The notes under the pieces: model-generated
Database searches by the model: none
Told to the model about the DNA's origin: nothing
The model's input: only the letters and a program-made list of their open reading frames with translations
Made by a program: the position numbers and the translations under genes
Shown: one piece after another, positions 41,922 through 59,859 of the stretch
How positions within the stretch are numbered: the first letter of the stretch is position 1
Layout: every line of letters begins with the position of its first letter
NCBI RefSeq assembly: GCF_009914755.1
Contig: NC_060930.1
Reading direction: 5' to 3' (one strand)
DNA from: the human T2T-CHM13v2.0 reference genome, Homo sapiens
Length of the DNA: 64,000 nt

Positions 41922-42386
41922 TTAAAAATTTATGAGGGGTGGAGACAAGATGGCCGAATAGGAACAGCTCCAGTCTACAGCTCCCAGCATGAGCAATGCA
42001 GAAGACGGGTGATTTCTGCATTTCCAACTGAGGTACCGGTTCATCTCACTGTGGACTGTCAGACAGTGGGGACAGGACAGTGGGTGCAGCGCACCAAGCA
42101 TAAATCGAAGTAGGGCAAGGCATCGCATCACCCGCGAAGCGCAAGGGGTCAGGGAATTCCATTTCCTAGTCAAAGAAAGGGGTGACAGACAGCACCTGGA
42201 AAATCGGGTCATTCCCACCCTAATACTGCGCTTTTCCAATGGTCTTAGCAAATGGCACACCAGGAGATTATATCCCGTGCCTGGCTCAGAGGGTCCTGTG
42301 CCCACAAAGCCTCGCTCATTGCTAGCACAGCAGTCTGAGATCAAACTGCAAGGTGGCAGCGAGGTTGGGGGAGGGGCGCCCACCAT
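41922..42386 (-). CDS. L1 antisense ORF0, extended to 154 aa (translation not shown)
   Basis: MVGAPPPTSLPPCSLISDCCASNERGFVGTGPSEPG closely matches primate L1 ORF0p; Kozak GCAATGG; frame open until a TAA just outside the L1 5' end. Confidence 0.45.
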   Translation of the reverse strand: MVGAPPPTSLPPCSLISDCCASNERGFVGTGPSEPGTGYNLLVCHLLRPLEKRSIRVGMTRFSRCCLSPLSLTRKWNSLTPCASRVMRCLALLRFMLGALHPLSCPHCLTVHSEMNRYLSWKCRNHPSSALLMLGAVDWSCSYSAILSPPLINF

Positions 42387-42958
42387 TGCCGACGCTTGAG
42401 TAGCTAAACAAAGCAGCCGGGAAGCTCAAACTGGATGGAGCCCAGCACAGCTCAAGGAGGCCTGCCTGCCTCTGTAGACTCCACCTCTGGGGGCAGGGCA
42501 TAGCCAAACAATAGGCAGCAGAAACCTCTGCACACTTAAATGTCCCTGTCTGACAGCTTTGAAGAGAGTGGTTCTCCCAGCACCCAGCTGGAGATCTGAG
42601 AACAGACAGACTGCCTCCTCAAGTGGGTCCCTGATACCCGAATAGCCTAACTGGGAGGCACCCCCCAGTAGGGGCAGACTGACACCTCACATGGCCGGGT
42701 ACCCCTCTGAGACAAAACTTCCAGAGGAACGATCAGGCAACAACATTTGCTGCTCACCAATATCTGCTGTTCTGCAGCATCCACTGCTGATACCCAGGCA
42801 AACAGGGTCTAGAGTGGACATCCAGCAAACTCCAACAGACCTGCAGCTGAGGGTCCTGACTGTTAGAAGGAAAACTAACAAACAGAAAGGACATCCACAA
42901 CAAAAGCCCATCTGTACGTCACTATCATCAAAGACCAAAGGTAGATAAAACCACAAAA
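41934..42958. promoter_or_regulatory. L1 5' UTR with sense promoter (YY1 site) and antisense promoter region
   Basis: CAAGATGGCC YY1 motif near the 5' end; relatively CpG-rich; complete 5' UTR. Confidence 0.7.
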
Positions 42959-43971
42959 ATGGGGAAAAAACAGAGCAGAAAAACTGGAAATTCTAAAAAT
43001 CAGAGCACCTCTCCTCCTCTAAAGGAACGCAGCTCCTCACCAGCAACAGAGCAAAGCTGGATGGAGAATGACTTTGACAAGTTGAGAGAAGAAGGTTTCA
43101 GACAATCAAACTAATCCGAGCTAAAGGAGGTTCGAACGCTTCGCAAAGAAGTTAAAAACCTTGAAAAAAAATTAGACGAATGGCTAACTAGAATAACCAA
43201 TGCAGAGAAGTCCTTAAAGGACCTGATGGAGCTGAAAACCATGGCACGAGAACTACGTGACAAATGCACAAGCTTCAGTAGCCGATTCGATCAACTGGAA
43301 GAAAGGGTATCAGTGATGGAAGATCAAATGAATGAAATGAAGTGAGAAGAGAAGTTTCGAAAAAAAGAATAAAAAGAAACAAACAAAGCCTCCAAGAAAT
43401 ATGGGACTATGTGAAAAGACCAAATCTACATCTGATTGGTGTACCTGAAAGTGACGGGCAGAATGGAACCAAGTTGGAAAACACTCTGCAGGATATTATC
43501 CAGAAGAACTTCCCCAATCTAGCAAGGCAGGCCAACATGCAAAGTCAGGAAATACAGAGAACGCCACAAAGATACTCCTCGAGAAGAGCAACTCCAAGAC
43601 ACATAATTGTCAGATTCACCAAAGTTGAAATAAAGGAAATAATGTTAAGGGCAGCCAGAGAGAAAGGTCAAGTTACCCACTAACGGAAGCCCATCAGACT
43701 AACGGCTGATCTCTCAGCAGAAACTCTACAAGCCAGAAGAGAGTGGGGGCCAACATTCAACATTCTTAAGGAAAAGAATTTTTAACCCAGAATTTCATAT
43801 CCAGCCAAACTAAGCTTCATAAGTGAAGGAGAAATAAAATACTTTACAGGCAAGCAAATGCTGAGAGATTTTGTCACCACCAGGCCTGCCCTAAAAGAGC
43901 TCCTGAAGGAAGCACTAAACATGGAAAGGAACAACCAGTACCAGCCACTGCAAAAACATGCCAAATTGTAA
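42959..43971 (+). pseudogene. L1 ORF1, disrupted
   Basis: ATGGGGAAAAAACAGAGC start; SLQEIWDYVKRPNL motif; premature stops (e.g. 43681-43683) and indels. Confidence 0.95.
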
Positions 43972-44034
43972 AGACCATCGAGGCTAGGAAAAAACTGCAT
44001 CAACTAACGAGCAAAATAACCAGCTAACATCATA

Positions 44035-47864
<3,830 letters not shown>

Positions 47865-48124
47865 ACAATGAGAACACATGGACACAGGAAGGGGAACATC
47901 ACACACCGGAGCCTGTTGTGGGGTCGGAGGAGGGGGGAGGGATAGCATTAGGAGATATACCTAATGTTAAATGACGAGTTAATGGTGCAGCACACCAACA
48001 TGGCACATGTATACATATGTAACAAACCTGCACATTGTGCACATGTACCCTAAAACTTAAAGTATAATAAAAATAAAAAATAAAAAATAAAAAATAAAAA
48101 AAATTATAACATGAGTGAATGGCT

Positions 48125-48615
48125 GATATCGGTACTCTGATGTTCATAACACCATTATTCACAATAGCCAAAAGGTCAACAAATCCAACTGTCCCTCAGC
48201 AGATAAACTGATAAACAAAATGCTGTATATCCATATAAGGCATTTAGCCTTAAAAAGAAAGGAAATTCTGTAACACACTACAATACGGATGAACCATGAA
48301 GGTTGTTTAGTGAAATAAACCAGTCACCAAAGGATGAATATTGCATGATTCTACTTATAGGAGTGACCTCATATAATTTGTATAGTCCAATTCAAAGAAA
48401 GAAACAGTAGAATGCTGTTTGCCAGGGACTGGGAGGATGGGGGAAGGAGCAGTTATTGTTTAATGGTTGCCAAATTTCAGTTTAGGAAGATGAAAAAGTT
48501 CTGGAGATGAATAGGTGTAATGATTATGCAATGTCAAGGTACTTAATGCCAATGAACTCTACACTTAAAAATAGTGCAAATGGTAAATTTAATGTATCAC
48601 TACAATTTTGAAAAG
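48125..48615 (+). mobile_element. L1MB-type 3' end
   Basis: TTATTCACAATAGCCAAAAGG...GGAAGATGAAAAAGTTCTGGAGATG...ACACTTAAAAATAG. Confidence 0.8.
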
Positions 48616-49003
48616 CACAAGACCATTAATCAATTTCAATAGTTTCCAAAAATAACTGCAACTTCCGAACTGTAACAGACTTATCCTAAAAATTACTTAA
48701 AGCAACTTACCACACTTAGTTCTTCGTGTTATTTTGTAACTTTTTGAAAATGAGATCTGCTGCACATTCCTTTCCTAAAATTTTACTTCTGTAGCTGAGA
48801 ACAGCTAATTGTTATATTTGCCTTTAAAGTTTCCAGGTTAACGTGACAGCCATTCATGTATTTTATGAAATTATAAGGCTTGATGCACCTATTTCTTACT
48901 AGAACTTACCTAATACTATTTTCTAAAGAGAATCCTAGAGCAGCCATCAGGTAGTTTCTGAGTTGACATCTTTTATGTGCCAAAGCCACCTTCTGCTACT
49001 CAC

Positions 49004-49070
49004 CTTTCACAATATGATATCAAATCCATTCCACCTCAACCTCAAACATAACTCAATACTTAACTGACAA
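49004..49070 (-). other. Candidate 67-nt cassette exon (stops in all three frames)
   Basis: Branch-like CCCTAAA, acceptor GCCCTTTTTAG, donor AAG|GTGAGT. Confidence 0.3.
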
Positions 49071-49358
49071 CTAAAAAGGGCTGAAACTAATGTATCTTTT
49101 AGGGATTATAACTGAGAAGCATAAATAACGATATTTATTAAGAGACTTAAGGATAGTTTTTGAATCAGTAACAGTGGTTTCCTGCCATTTTAAGTCAGAA
49201 GGTAATTTCTTTAACACAAAAAAATCACATATTCAAACATAATAACTACGCAATGCTGATTTAGAATATAGATGGCAAAATTATTATAAATTCAATAATG
49301 TTTTAAAATGTATTTGTACTTTATTAATCACAGTATTTACACACAATAAGAGATACAA

Positions 49359-49399
<41 letters not shown>

Positions 49400-49406
49400 T
49401 TATATA
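49359..49406. repeat. (TG)n(TA)n microsatellite
   Basis: Adjacent TG and TA runs. Confidence 0.95.
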
Positions 49407-50670
49407 GCAAAGCATTTTTCAGTCTACATGCAATGTTCTGAGTACTGTTTATAAATTCATTAATTCCTTGCAATAATCACACTGTGGGATACTTTAATAT
49501 ATTCTAAATATTCACCGTTTGATAAAGACAAACCATTACCATTATAAAGAACACAACTTTTTCTGACAGTTTTCACAAAAGACATTTAAAAGAAAGAAAA
49601 AGAGAGAACTTTTTGCCCATCCTCTGTCCATTGATCCATCTTTCCACTTATCTTCTCTCCCTTCCACTGACTCAGTTTTAAAGAATTACATGAGACGAGG
49701 TCCTATATACACATTCTACATTTGATACAGGTGACAAACATTATACAGTGTCCTCTAATATAGGATCCATAGGAGCTATTTCTCTCTACTCTCAGCATCG
49801 GGCCAGGATTAGTAACACATTTCTTTTAATAAGAAACTGTATCTTAAAACATGGTTCTTTCTAATGTGTTTTTCATATTCCATGTTTAACCATCTTGCAT
49901 ATCAGCATACTATTGCACTCTTATTTGCTTAATATTTTCTTCAAGTATTTTTTCAAATTATCAACCCTTTATGTTGTTAAATTGTTACTAAAATTAATTT
50001 TAAAGGGAATTTTTATATCCCTACCATAAAAAAATCCAGAATCATGTATTATAAATAAAAAAGAACCGTAAGAAGAGCCAAAATAAGATATTAATAAATT
50101 CTAATGACAAACTGCTTCTCACTCATTTTTGAAATTATAAAGTACTATAAAGATACAGAGTATTACTGAGGAAATAGAAAGCCACCATCCACCTTTCTTT
50201 TATCAAATAAAATATTGAGGAAGTGGAAATCTGAGGATTTCTCAGTAATTCACTGTATCTTTAAAGTAATTCATAATTTAAAAAATAATAACATGAAAAG
50301 TTTTTGTCTTATCTTCCCTGAGCCACTCTCCTTCCATTCTTAGTGGCATATTAAAGAGATATCATCTGAATAACTTGAGAGGTCAGATAATATATTAACA
50401 CATAGGCTTTTTAGAAAATACTTATGCATAAACCATTATTGCTCTTCAGTTCCTCAAAAAGGAATAAGTAAACACGAGAAAACATCCATCAGTCATACCT
50501 CTGTTACGTCATATGCTATAAGTTTCACAGGTAAGGATGAGATATTTACTAAATATGCTTGCTGTTTAGATTTTAAACAAAAAATGGTACGTCAGCTGGT
50601 AACACTAGTACAGAGGAGACTGAATTATGATTGTTTTTAACAGCAACAATTTCTTAACAAAAATATTAAA

Positions 50671-50967
50671 GTCCTGGTGCAATGGTTCACACCTATAGTC
50701 ACCTAGCATGTTGGAGGCTGACGCAGGAGGACTGCTTGAGCCCAGGAGTTCAGGACCAGCATGGGCAACAGAGATGCCATCTTTACAAAAATTTTAAAAA
50801 GTTAGTCAGGCGTGGTGACACACACCTGTAGTCCCAGCTACTGACAAGCCTGAGGTGGGGCAATCGCTTAAGTCCAGGAGTTCAAGACTGCAGTAAGCCA
50901 TGATCATGCCACTGCACTCCAACCTGGGCAACAGAGTGAGACCCCGTCTCAAAAAAAGAAAAAAAAA
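50671..50967 (+). mobile_element. AluJ
   Basis: GGAGGACTGCTTGAGCCCAGGAGTTC...GAGTGAGACCCCGTCTC and A-tail. Confidence 0.9.
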
Positions 50968-53137
50968 TTAAATATATTTTTCTTCCTTTGGACAAATTCA
51001 ATCTAAATTTTAAAATCATTTGGAAAGTAAAAAGGCTCTTGCTTTTATTTGTGAACAAAAAGGAAGACAAATGCTGACTTAACATATAACTACCTTGGAG
51101 TCGGTCAATTTAAATTATCTACCAGGCACAGATCAAACTACATTTGTAGTACTCCAGTCAGGTCTGAACTGCACTGTCATAGGATTAAGTGAATCTCTTC
51201 TGGAAAAAGATCAGGGCATGGATGATTAAAAAAAAAAAAAAAAAAAAGCAGAGGGTAGGGAGTGGAATGGAAGAGAAATCTAGCATTTATTTTGTATTTA
51301 CTCTTCTGGGCACTGTTTTAACTATATACTCCTTTAAACATCAACAAAAATCCCGTAAGTTGGGCCTTATGATCTCTCTTTTAAAAATATTTTTAAAAAA
51401 CTAAAAACTAAGTCCAAAGAAGTGGCTGAAACTCTCATTCAAAGCTAAAAGCAGAGTTAGACCAGGTATCAGGTCTATCCAATTCCGAATTATTTCTAAA
51501 CTATTGTTTGTAGTGTCACATGATAACAGTAGCTAACACTGAGGACTTACTCTATGTACTAAGTATCCCACAGTATTGTATCACATAAGCCTATGGAGCC
51601 AGAGGCTTTTCTAGTCTCATTTCACAAATGAGGAATCTGAGGCCCAAGAAAATGGATGGATCATGGCAGACAGGAGGCAGGACTAGACTGCAGCTCTAAC
51701 TCGGATGGACAGAGCAGCATGTGGAGGCTCGCATCATGAATTTTTGCTCCAGAACGACTGCAGGAATAAATCAGGAAACCTGAAAGGACCCACAGACCCC
51801 CTGAAGGAAGCAGATTCCTCCTGCAAGACCCTGGAGACACCCCAAATACTGTGCTGGTAAACACAGCTGAGAGACTCACAGATGGTTCACATCACAGGAC
51901 TCTGCAGACAACCTGCAATACCAGCCCAGAGCCTGGTAGACTTGCTGGGTGGCTAGATCCAGAAGAGAGATAATCACTACAACTCGGCTCCCAGGAAGCC
52001 ACATCCATGGGAAAAGGGGGAGAGTACTACATCAAGGGAACACCTCATGGGACAAAAGAATCTGAACAACAGCCTTTAGCGCTAGACCTTTCCTCTGACA
52101 GAGAGAAGGAACCAACTGAGAAGGAACCAGAAAACCAACTCTGGTAATATGACAAAACAAGGTTCTTTAACACCCCCCAAAATCACACACTGGCTCACCA
52201 GCAATGGAACCAAACCAAGAAGAAATCCCTGATGTACCTGAAAAACAATTCAGGAGGATAGTTATTAAGCTAATAGGGGAGACACCAGAGAAAGGTGGCC
52301 ACAATGTAAGGAAATCCAAAAAATATTACACGAAGTGAAGGAAGAAATATTCAGGGAAACAGTATAAATAAAAAACAATCAAAACTTCAGAAAACAATGG
52401 ACACTCATAGAAACGCAAAATGCTCTGGAAAGTCTCAGCAATAAAACTGAAAAAGTAGAAGAAAAATACAGAGCTTGAAGACAAGGTCTTCTAATTCACA
52501 AACTCCAACAAAGACCAAAAAAATCAGAAAATACGAACAAAGGCTCCAAACAGTCTGGGCTTATGTTAAACAACCAAATCTAAGAATAATCGGTGTCCCC
52601 AAGGAAGAAGAGAAATTGAAAAGTTTGGAAAACATACTTGGGGGAATAATCGAGGAAAACTTCCCTGACCTTGCTAGAGACCTAGACATCCAAATAGAAG
52701 AAGCAAAAGGAACACCTGCAAAATTCATCACAAAAAGATTACTGCCTAGGCACACTGACATCAGGTTATCTAAAGTTAAGATGAAGGAAAGAATTTTAAG
52801 ACCTGTGAGAAAAAAGCACCAGGTAACCTACAAAGGAACACCTATCAGATTAACAGCAGATACCTAAGCAGAAACCCTACAAGCTAGGAGGGATTGGGGC
52901 CCTATCTTCAGTCTCCTCAAACAAAATGATTTTTGTCAAGCATTTTGTATCCAGTGAAACTAAGCTTCATATATGAAAGAAAGATACAGTCTTTTTCAGA
53001 CAAACAAATGCCGAGAGAATTCGCCACTACCAAGCCACCACTACACGAGCTGCTAAAAGGAGCTCTAAATCTTGAAATAAATCCTGGAAGCACATCAAAA
53101 TAGAACCACTTTAAAGCATAAATCTCACAGGACCTAT

Positions 53138-53200
53138 AAAACAAAAATACAATTTTAAAAAACAAAAACAAAAATACAATTTAAAAAACAAAAACAAAAT
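53138..53200. repeat. About 27-bp tandem duplication in the L1PB inter-ORF spacer
   Basis: AAAACAAAAATACAATTT(T)AAAAAAC, twice. Confidence 0.8.
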
Positions 53201-56200
53201 CTAATGTATACAGGCAACGAATACCATGGTGAATAAAATGGTACCTCACATCTCAATACTAATATTGAATGTAAATGGCCTAAATGTTCCACTTAGAAGA
53301 TACAGAAATGCAGAATGGATACGTATCCACCAACCAATTATCTGCTGCCTTCAGGAGACTCACCTAGCTAACATATAAAGACTCACACAAACTTAAGGCA
53401 GAGGGGTGGAAAAAGACATTTTATGCAAAAGGACACCAAAAGCAAGCAGGAGTAGCTATTCTTATACCAGACAAAAGAAACTTTAAAGCAACAGCAGTTA
53501 AAAAAGACAAGGAGGGACATTATATAATGATAAAAGGCCTTGTCCAACAGGAAAATATCACAATCCTAAAAATACATGCACCTGACACTGGAGTTCCCAA
53601 ATTTATAAAACAATTACTAACAGACCTAAGAAATGAGATAGACAGCAACACAATAATAGTGGGGGACTTCAATACTCCACTGACAGCAGTAGATAGGTCA
53701 TTAAGACAGAAAGTCAACAAAGAAACAATGGATTTAAACTATACCTTGGAACAAATGAACTTAGCAGATATATACAGAACATTCCATCCAACAACCACAG
53801 AATATACATTCTATTCAACAAGGTGTGGAACTTTCTCCAAGACAGACCACACAATGGGGCACAAAATGAGCCTCAATAAATTTAAGAAAACTGAAATTAT
53901 ATCAAGCACTCTTTCAAACCACAGTGGGATAAAACTGGAAATCAACCCCAAAAGGAACCTCCAAAGCCACGCAAATACATGGAAATTAAACAACCTGCTC
54001 CTGAATAATCAGTGGGTCAAAAATGAAATCAAAATGGAATTTAAAAAATTCTTTGAACTGAATGACAATAGTGACACAACCTATCAAAACCTCTGGGACA
54101 CAGCAAAGGCAGTGCTAAGAGGAAAGCTCATAGCCCTAAACACCAACATCAAAAAGTCTGAAAGAGCACAGACAGACAATCTAAGGTCACACCTCAAGGA
54201 ACCAGAGAAACAAGAACAAACCAAACCCAAGCCTTGCAGAAGAAAGTAAATAACCAAGATCAGAGCAGAACTAAACGAAACTGAAACAATCAAAAAAAAA
54301 TACAAAAGATAAATGAAACAAAAAGCTGGTTCTTTCAAATGATAAACCTGAGAGACCATTAACAAGATTAACTAAGAAAAGAAGAGAGAAAATCGATATA
54401 AGCTCAGTGAGAAACAATACATGTGAAATTACAACTGACGCCAAAGAAATACAAAAGACCCTTCAAGGCTACTATGAAGACCTTTACATCCACAGACTAG
54501 AAAACCTAGAAGAAATGGATAAATTCTTGAAAAGATACAACCTTCCTAGCTTAAATCAGGATAAATTAGATACCCTGAACTGACCAATAACAAGTAGTGA
54601 GACTGAAATGGTAATTTAAAAATTACTATCAAAAAAAAAGTCCAGGACCAGATGGATTCACAGCAGAATTCTACCAGACACTGAAAGAATTGGTACCAAT
54701 CTTATTGACACTATTCTACAAGATAGAGAAAGAGGGAACCCTCCCTAAATCATTCTATGAAGCCATTATCACGCTAATACTAAAACCAGGAAAGGACATA
54801 ACCAAAAAAAGAAAACTACAGACCAATAACCCTGATGAACACAGATACTAAAATCCTTAACAAAATACTTGCTAACCAAATCCACAATATATCAAAAAGA
54901 CAATTCACTATGTTCAAGTGGGTTTCATACCAGGGATACAGGGATGGTTTAACATACACAAGTTAATAAATGTGATACACCACATAAACAGAATTAAAAA
55001 TCACATGATCATCTCAATAGAAGCAGAAAAAGCATTCAACAAAATCCAGCATCACTTTATGATTAAAACTCTTGGCAAAATCAGCATACAAGGGATATAC
55101 CTCAATATAATAAAAGCCATCTATGACAAACCCACAGCCAACATAATACTGAATGGGGAAAAGTTGAAAGCATTCCCTCTGAGAACAGGAACAATACAAG
55201 GCTGCTAGCTTTCACTACTCCCCTTCAGCACAGTACTGAAAGTCCTAGCCAGAGCTATCTGACAAGAGAAAGAGATAAAGGGCATCCACATCAGTAAAGA
55301 GGAAGTCAAACTGTTGCTGTTTGCTGATATGATTGTTTACCTAGAAAACCCTAAAGCCTCCTCCAGAAAGCTCCTGGAACTGATAAAAGAATTCAGCAAA
55401 GTTCCCGGACACAAAATTATTGTACACTAATCAGCACCTCTTCTGTACACCAACAGTGACCAGGTTGAGAATCAAATCAAGAATCAACCCCTTTTACAAT
55501 AGCTGCAAAAAAAAAAAAAAAAAAAAAAAAAAAACAACTTAGGAATATACCTAACCAAGGAGGTGAAAGACCTCTACAAGGGAAACTACAAAACACTGCT
55601 GAAAGAAATCCCAGACAACACAAACAAATGGAAACACATCCCATCCTAATGGATGGGTAGAATCAATATGGTGAAAATGACCATACTGCCAAAAGCAATC
55701 TACAAATTCACCAATGCAATTCCCATGAAAATACCACCATCATTCGTCACTGAATTAGAGAAAAACAATTCTAAAATTCATATGGAAGCAAAAAAGAGCC
55801 CACATAGACAAAGCAAGACTAAGCAAAAAGAATAAACCTGGAGGCATCACATTACCTGATTTCAAACTATACTATTAGGCTATAGTCACCAAAACAGCGT
55901 GGTACTGGTAGAAAAACAGGCACATAGACCAATGGAATAGAGAACCCAGAAATAAACCTAAACACTTACAGCCAACTGATCTTTGAAAAAAACAAACAAA
56001 CAAAACATAAATTGGGAACACTTTTCAACAAATGGTGCTGGGATACTAGGCTAGCCACATGTAGGAGAATGAAACTCAATCTTCATCTCTCTCTGTATAC
56101 AAAAATCAACTCAAGATGGATTAAGGACTTAAATTTAAGACCTGAAACTATAAAAGTTCCAGAAGGTAACATTGGAAAAACCTTTCCAGACATTGGCTTA

Positions 56201-56880
56201 GGCAAGGATTTCATGACCAATAACCTAAAAACAAATGCAATAAGAACAAAGATAAATTTCTGGGACTTAATTAAACGAAAGAGCTTTTGCACAGCAAAAA
56301 AAAAAAAAAAAAAAAAACAAAAAACAGCAGAGTCAACAGACAACCTACAAAGTGAGAGAAAATCTTCACAATCTATACATCTGACAAAGGTCTAATACCC
56401 AAAATCTACAATGAACTCACAGAAATCAACAAGAAAAAAACAATCCCATCAAAAAGTGGGCTAAGGACAGGAATAGACAATTCTCAAAAGAAGATATGCA
56501 AATGGCCAACAAACATATGAAAAAATGCTCAACATCACTAATGATCAATACCACCAAATCCTGCAAGAATGGCCATAATCAAAAAACAAAAACTGGGTAA
56601 ATGTTGGCATGGATGCACTAAACAGGCAACACTTCTACACTGCTGGTGGGAGTACAAACTAGTAAAACCACTATGGAAAATGGTACGGAGATTCTTTAAA
56701 GAACTAAAAGTAGAACTACCATTTGATCCAGCAATCCCAATCCTGGGTATCTACCCAGAGGAAAAAAAAGTCATAGGAAAAGATACTTGCACACACGTTT
56801 ATAGCAGCACAATTCGCAACTGCAAAAACATGGAATCAACCCAGATGCCCATCAATCAACGAATGGATAAGGAAATTGTG

Positions 56881-56953
56881 ATATATATATAAGTATATAT
56901 ACACACATATACATACACATACACACATATACATACATATATACATACACATA

Positions 56954-56998
<45 letters not shown>
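56881..56998. repeat. (TA)n/(TACA)n/(CA)n microsatellite inside L1PB1
   Basis: Compound simple repeat ending in about 21 CA units. Confidence 0.95.
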
Positions 56999-57000
<2 letters not shown>

Positions 57001-57233
57001 GCAACACTACTCAACCATAAAAACGAATGAACTAATGGCATTCACAGCTACCTGAATGAGACTAGAGACTATTACTCTAAGTGAAGTAATGCAGGAATAG
57101 AAAACCAAACATCGTTATTTTCTCACTAATAAGTGGGAGCTAAGCTATGAGAATGCAAAGGCATAAGAATGACACAATGGACTTTGGGGACTCAGGGGGA
57201 AAGGGTGGGAAGGGGGTTAGGGATAAAAGACTA

Positions 57234-57850
<617 letters not shown>

Positions 57851-58639
57851 AATAACCTACGGAAATAAATTTAAAAAAAAAAAAAAGGAAAAAAAAATGA
57901 TGTGCTTCATCCCCCATTACAGAGCAAATAGTAAAGCCAGGTTTCAGACATCATGAAGTTTAACTCAACCATTATACAAGAAAAATTTTAGAGGAAGGGA
58001 TATCTATCTACCTGTCATTGTTAACTAAAATTCTCTATAGTAGACTTTTGTCTTAGGTGCAGATTTATAAGGAAAAGAGGAAATCAACTGTATTCAGAGT
58101 TATCCTATACAAAGTCCCTTAAGTTTTTAATAAAGTGCAGAATAGTACTGTCTCATAGGCATAACAAAGCTAGATTTTCCTTCACCAGTGTGTCAGATCA
58201 CTGTCTTTTTTGTACTTCTAGATAAAATAGTTGGTTTGTGTTTAAAGGTTTGTGTTATTCAAAAATTACATAAAATATTTTAAACACTAGGAGTCCCTCT
58301 GTCACTGAAGTTCCAAGACAGGTTGGCAGAAATGCAAGTTTAGAAGGATTACTATAAATATGCTAACACATTTATTTTAAATCTGAGCTCATTTTATTGT
58401 CTTCTGGGAACCAATAAATTGTTGGAGGCTTTTTAAAACTTAACATATTAACAAACTACACACACACAATGTTACACACATGTTCATAATGAACTTGAAG
58501 TTCAGTAAGATACTTCCCTTCTCCCCATTACTAATGGTATATAAAATTTTAATACTTTAGGCTCCCTATGCAGCCTATCACCCAGAGAAAACTTAGCACA
58601 GAGTAGACATCCAGTATGTATTTACTGAATGAACGATTC

Positions 58640-58870
58640 AACATGAATTGCTTATCAGCTCCTTGTATTAGGTACTTTACACATATTATTTCATTTAATG
58701 CTCACAATATCCATAAAAAGATTATTATGCCTACTTTAGAGATAAAAAAGCATAAAAACACAGAAGTTTAATAACAAGCTTCAGGCCACCAAGCTGATAA
58801 TTTGTAGAGCCAGGAGTGGAATGCAATTTGACAAAATCCAAAGCTGGTAACTTTTTACAGCTTCATGCAG
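58640..58870 (-). mobile_element. MIR, next to a short L2 3' end at about 58555-58635
   Basis: TACTTTACACATATTATTTCATTTAATGCTCACAAT...CTACTTTAGAGATAAAAAA. Confidence 0.55.
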
Positions 58871-59318
58871 TTCTCACAATGAAGTTCATCTCTTTTCCAC
58901 AAGGCTACACTGAGAAGTTTTATGAAGAGTTAGGACTTTCGATAATTTAATGAATGATCATGACTTCAGAAAGTAGAGACAGGAAGATTATTATAGACCA
59001 AAGAACGAATAGGAACATGAACACAGAAGACAGACTGGAAGGATGACAGTGCCATTAAGAAATTTTGTTTTCTACATTTTAGCAATGTGCATGAATAAGT
59101 TTTAGAATCAGGAAAAACTAAAATTATTTTTGTCACTTAAAAGAAAAAAAAAGTAGGTTATCAAGAGGAGAATGGGAGGTGTATCACAGTTAATTCCTAG
59201 ATATCTGTTCTTTGATCCACCTGTAACATATCAAAAAAGTAATTTACAAAAATCAGAAAAGAGCCTTCCAAGATGGGCCTAACACATATGAAGAATATTC
59301 ATTAAAATGTTATCTCTT

Positions 59319-59389
59319 TTTTTTTTTTTGAGATGGAGTCAGGACGGTCTCGATCTCCTGACCTCGTGATCCATCCGTCTTGGCCTCCC
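59319..59389 (-). mobile_element. 71-bp mini-Alu (AluY/Sc-like) with 5' truncation and a large internal deletion
   Basis: Perfect 16-bp TSD TAAAATGTTATCTCTT at 59303-59318 and 59390-59405. Confidence 0.93.
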
Positions 59390-59859
59390 TAAAATGTTAT
59401 CTCTTAATGACCAATAACTCAAACATCCAAACAACACTTTGTAAAACATACAAAGTTATCAGATCTGCTCAAATGAGACAGAAAAATGACTAAAATTGGC
59501 CAATGTAATTGTTACTTTTCTATTTACTGAATGGTAAAATCTGAAAATATCCCATATTGCAAACTAAACCTCTCCACTAAAGTAACTCTCTAGAATATAG
59601 GAAACCTTTCAAAGTATATAACCAAATTTATCTTTTAAGTTCCTGTCAACTTTACCTTGATCTCACAATGATCCCTGTGTCTTTTTATATTAAAAATTTT
59701 TAATTACTCATCAAAGAATAAAACTAATGCTTCTAAAACATGGACCATTTTAATCCTGTGGCAATAAATTATCCTTGACGAAAAACCATAAAACCACGTA
59801 AATGCAAAGTTTAAAAAACATCAAAATAAATTAAAATGTTTTGTAGAATTACATGAAGT

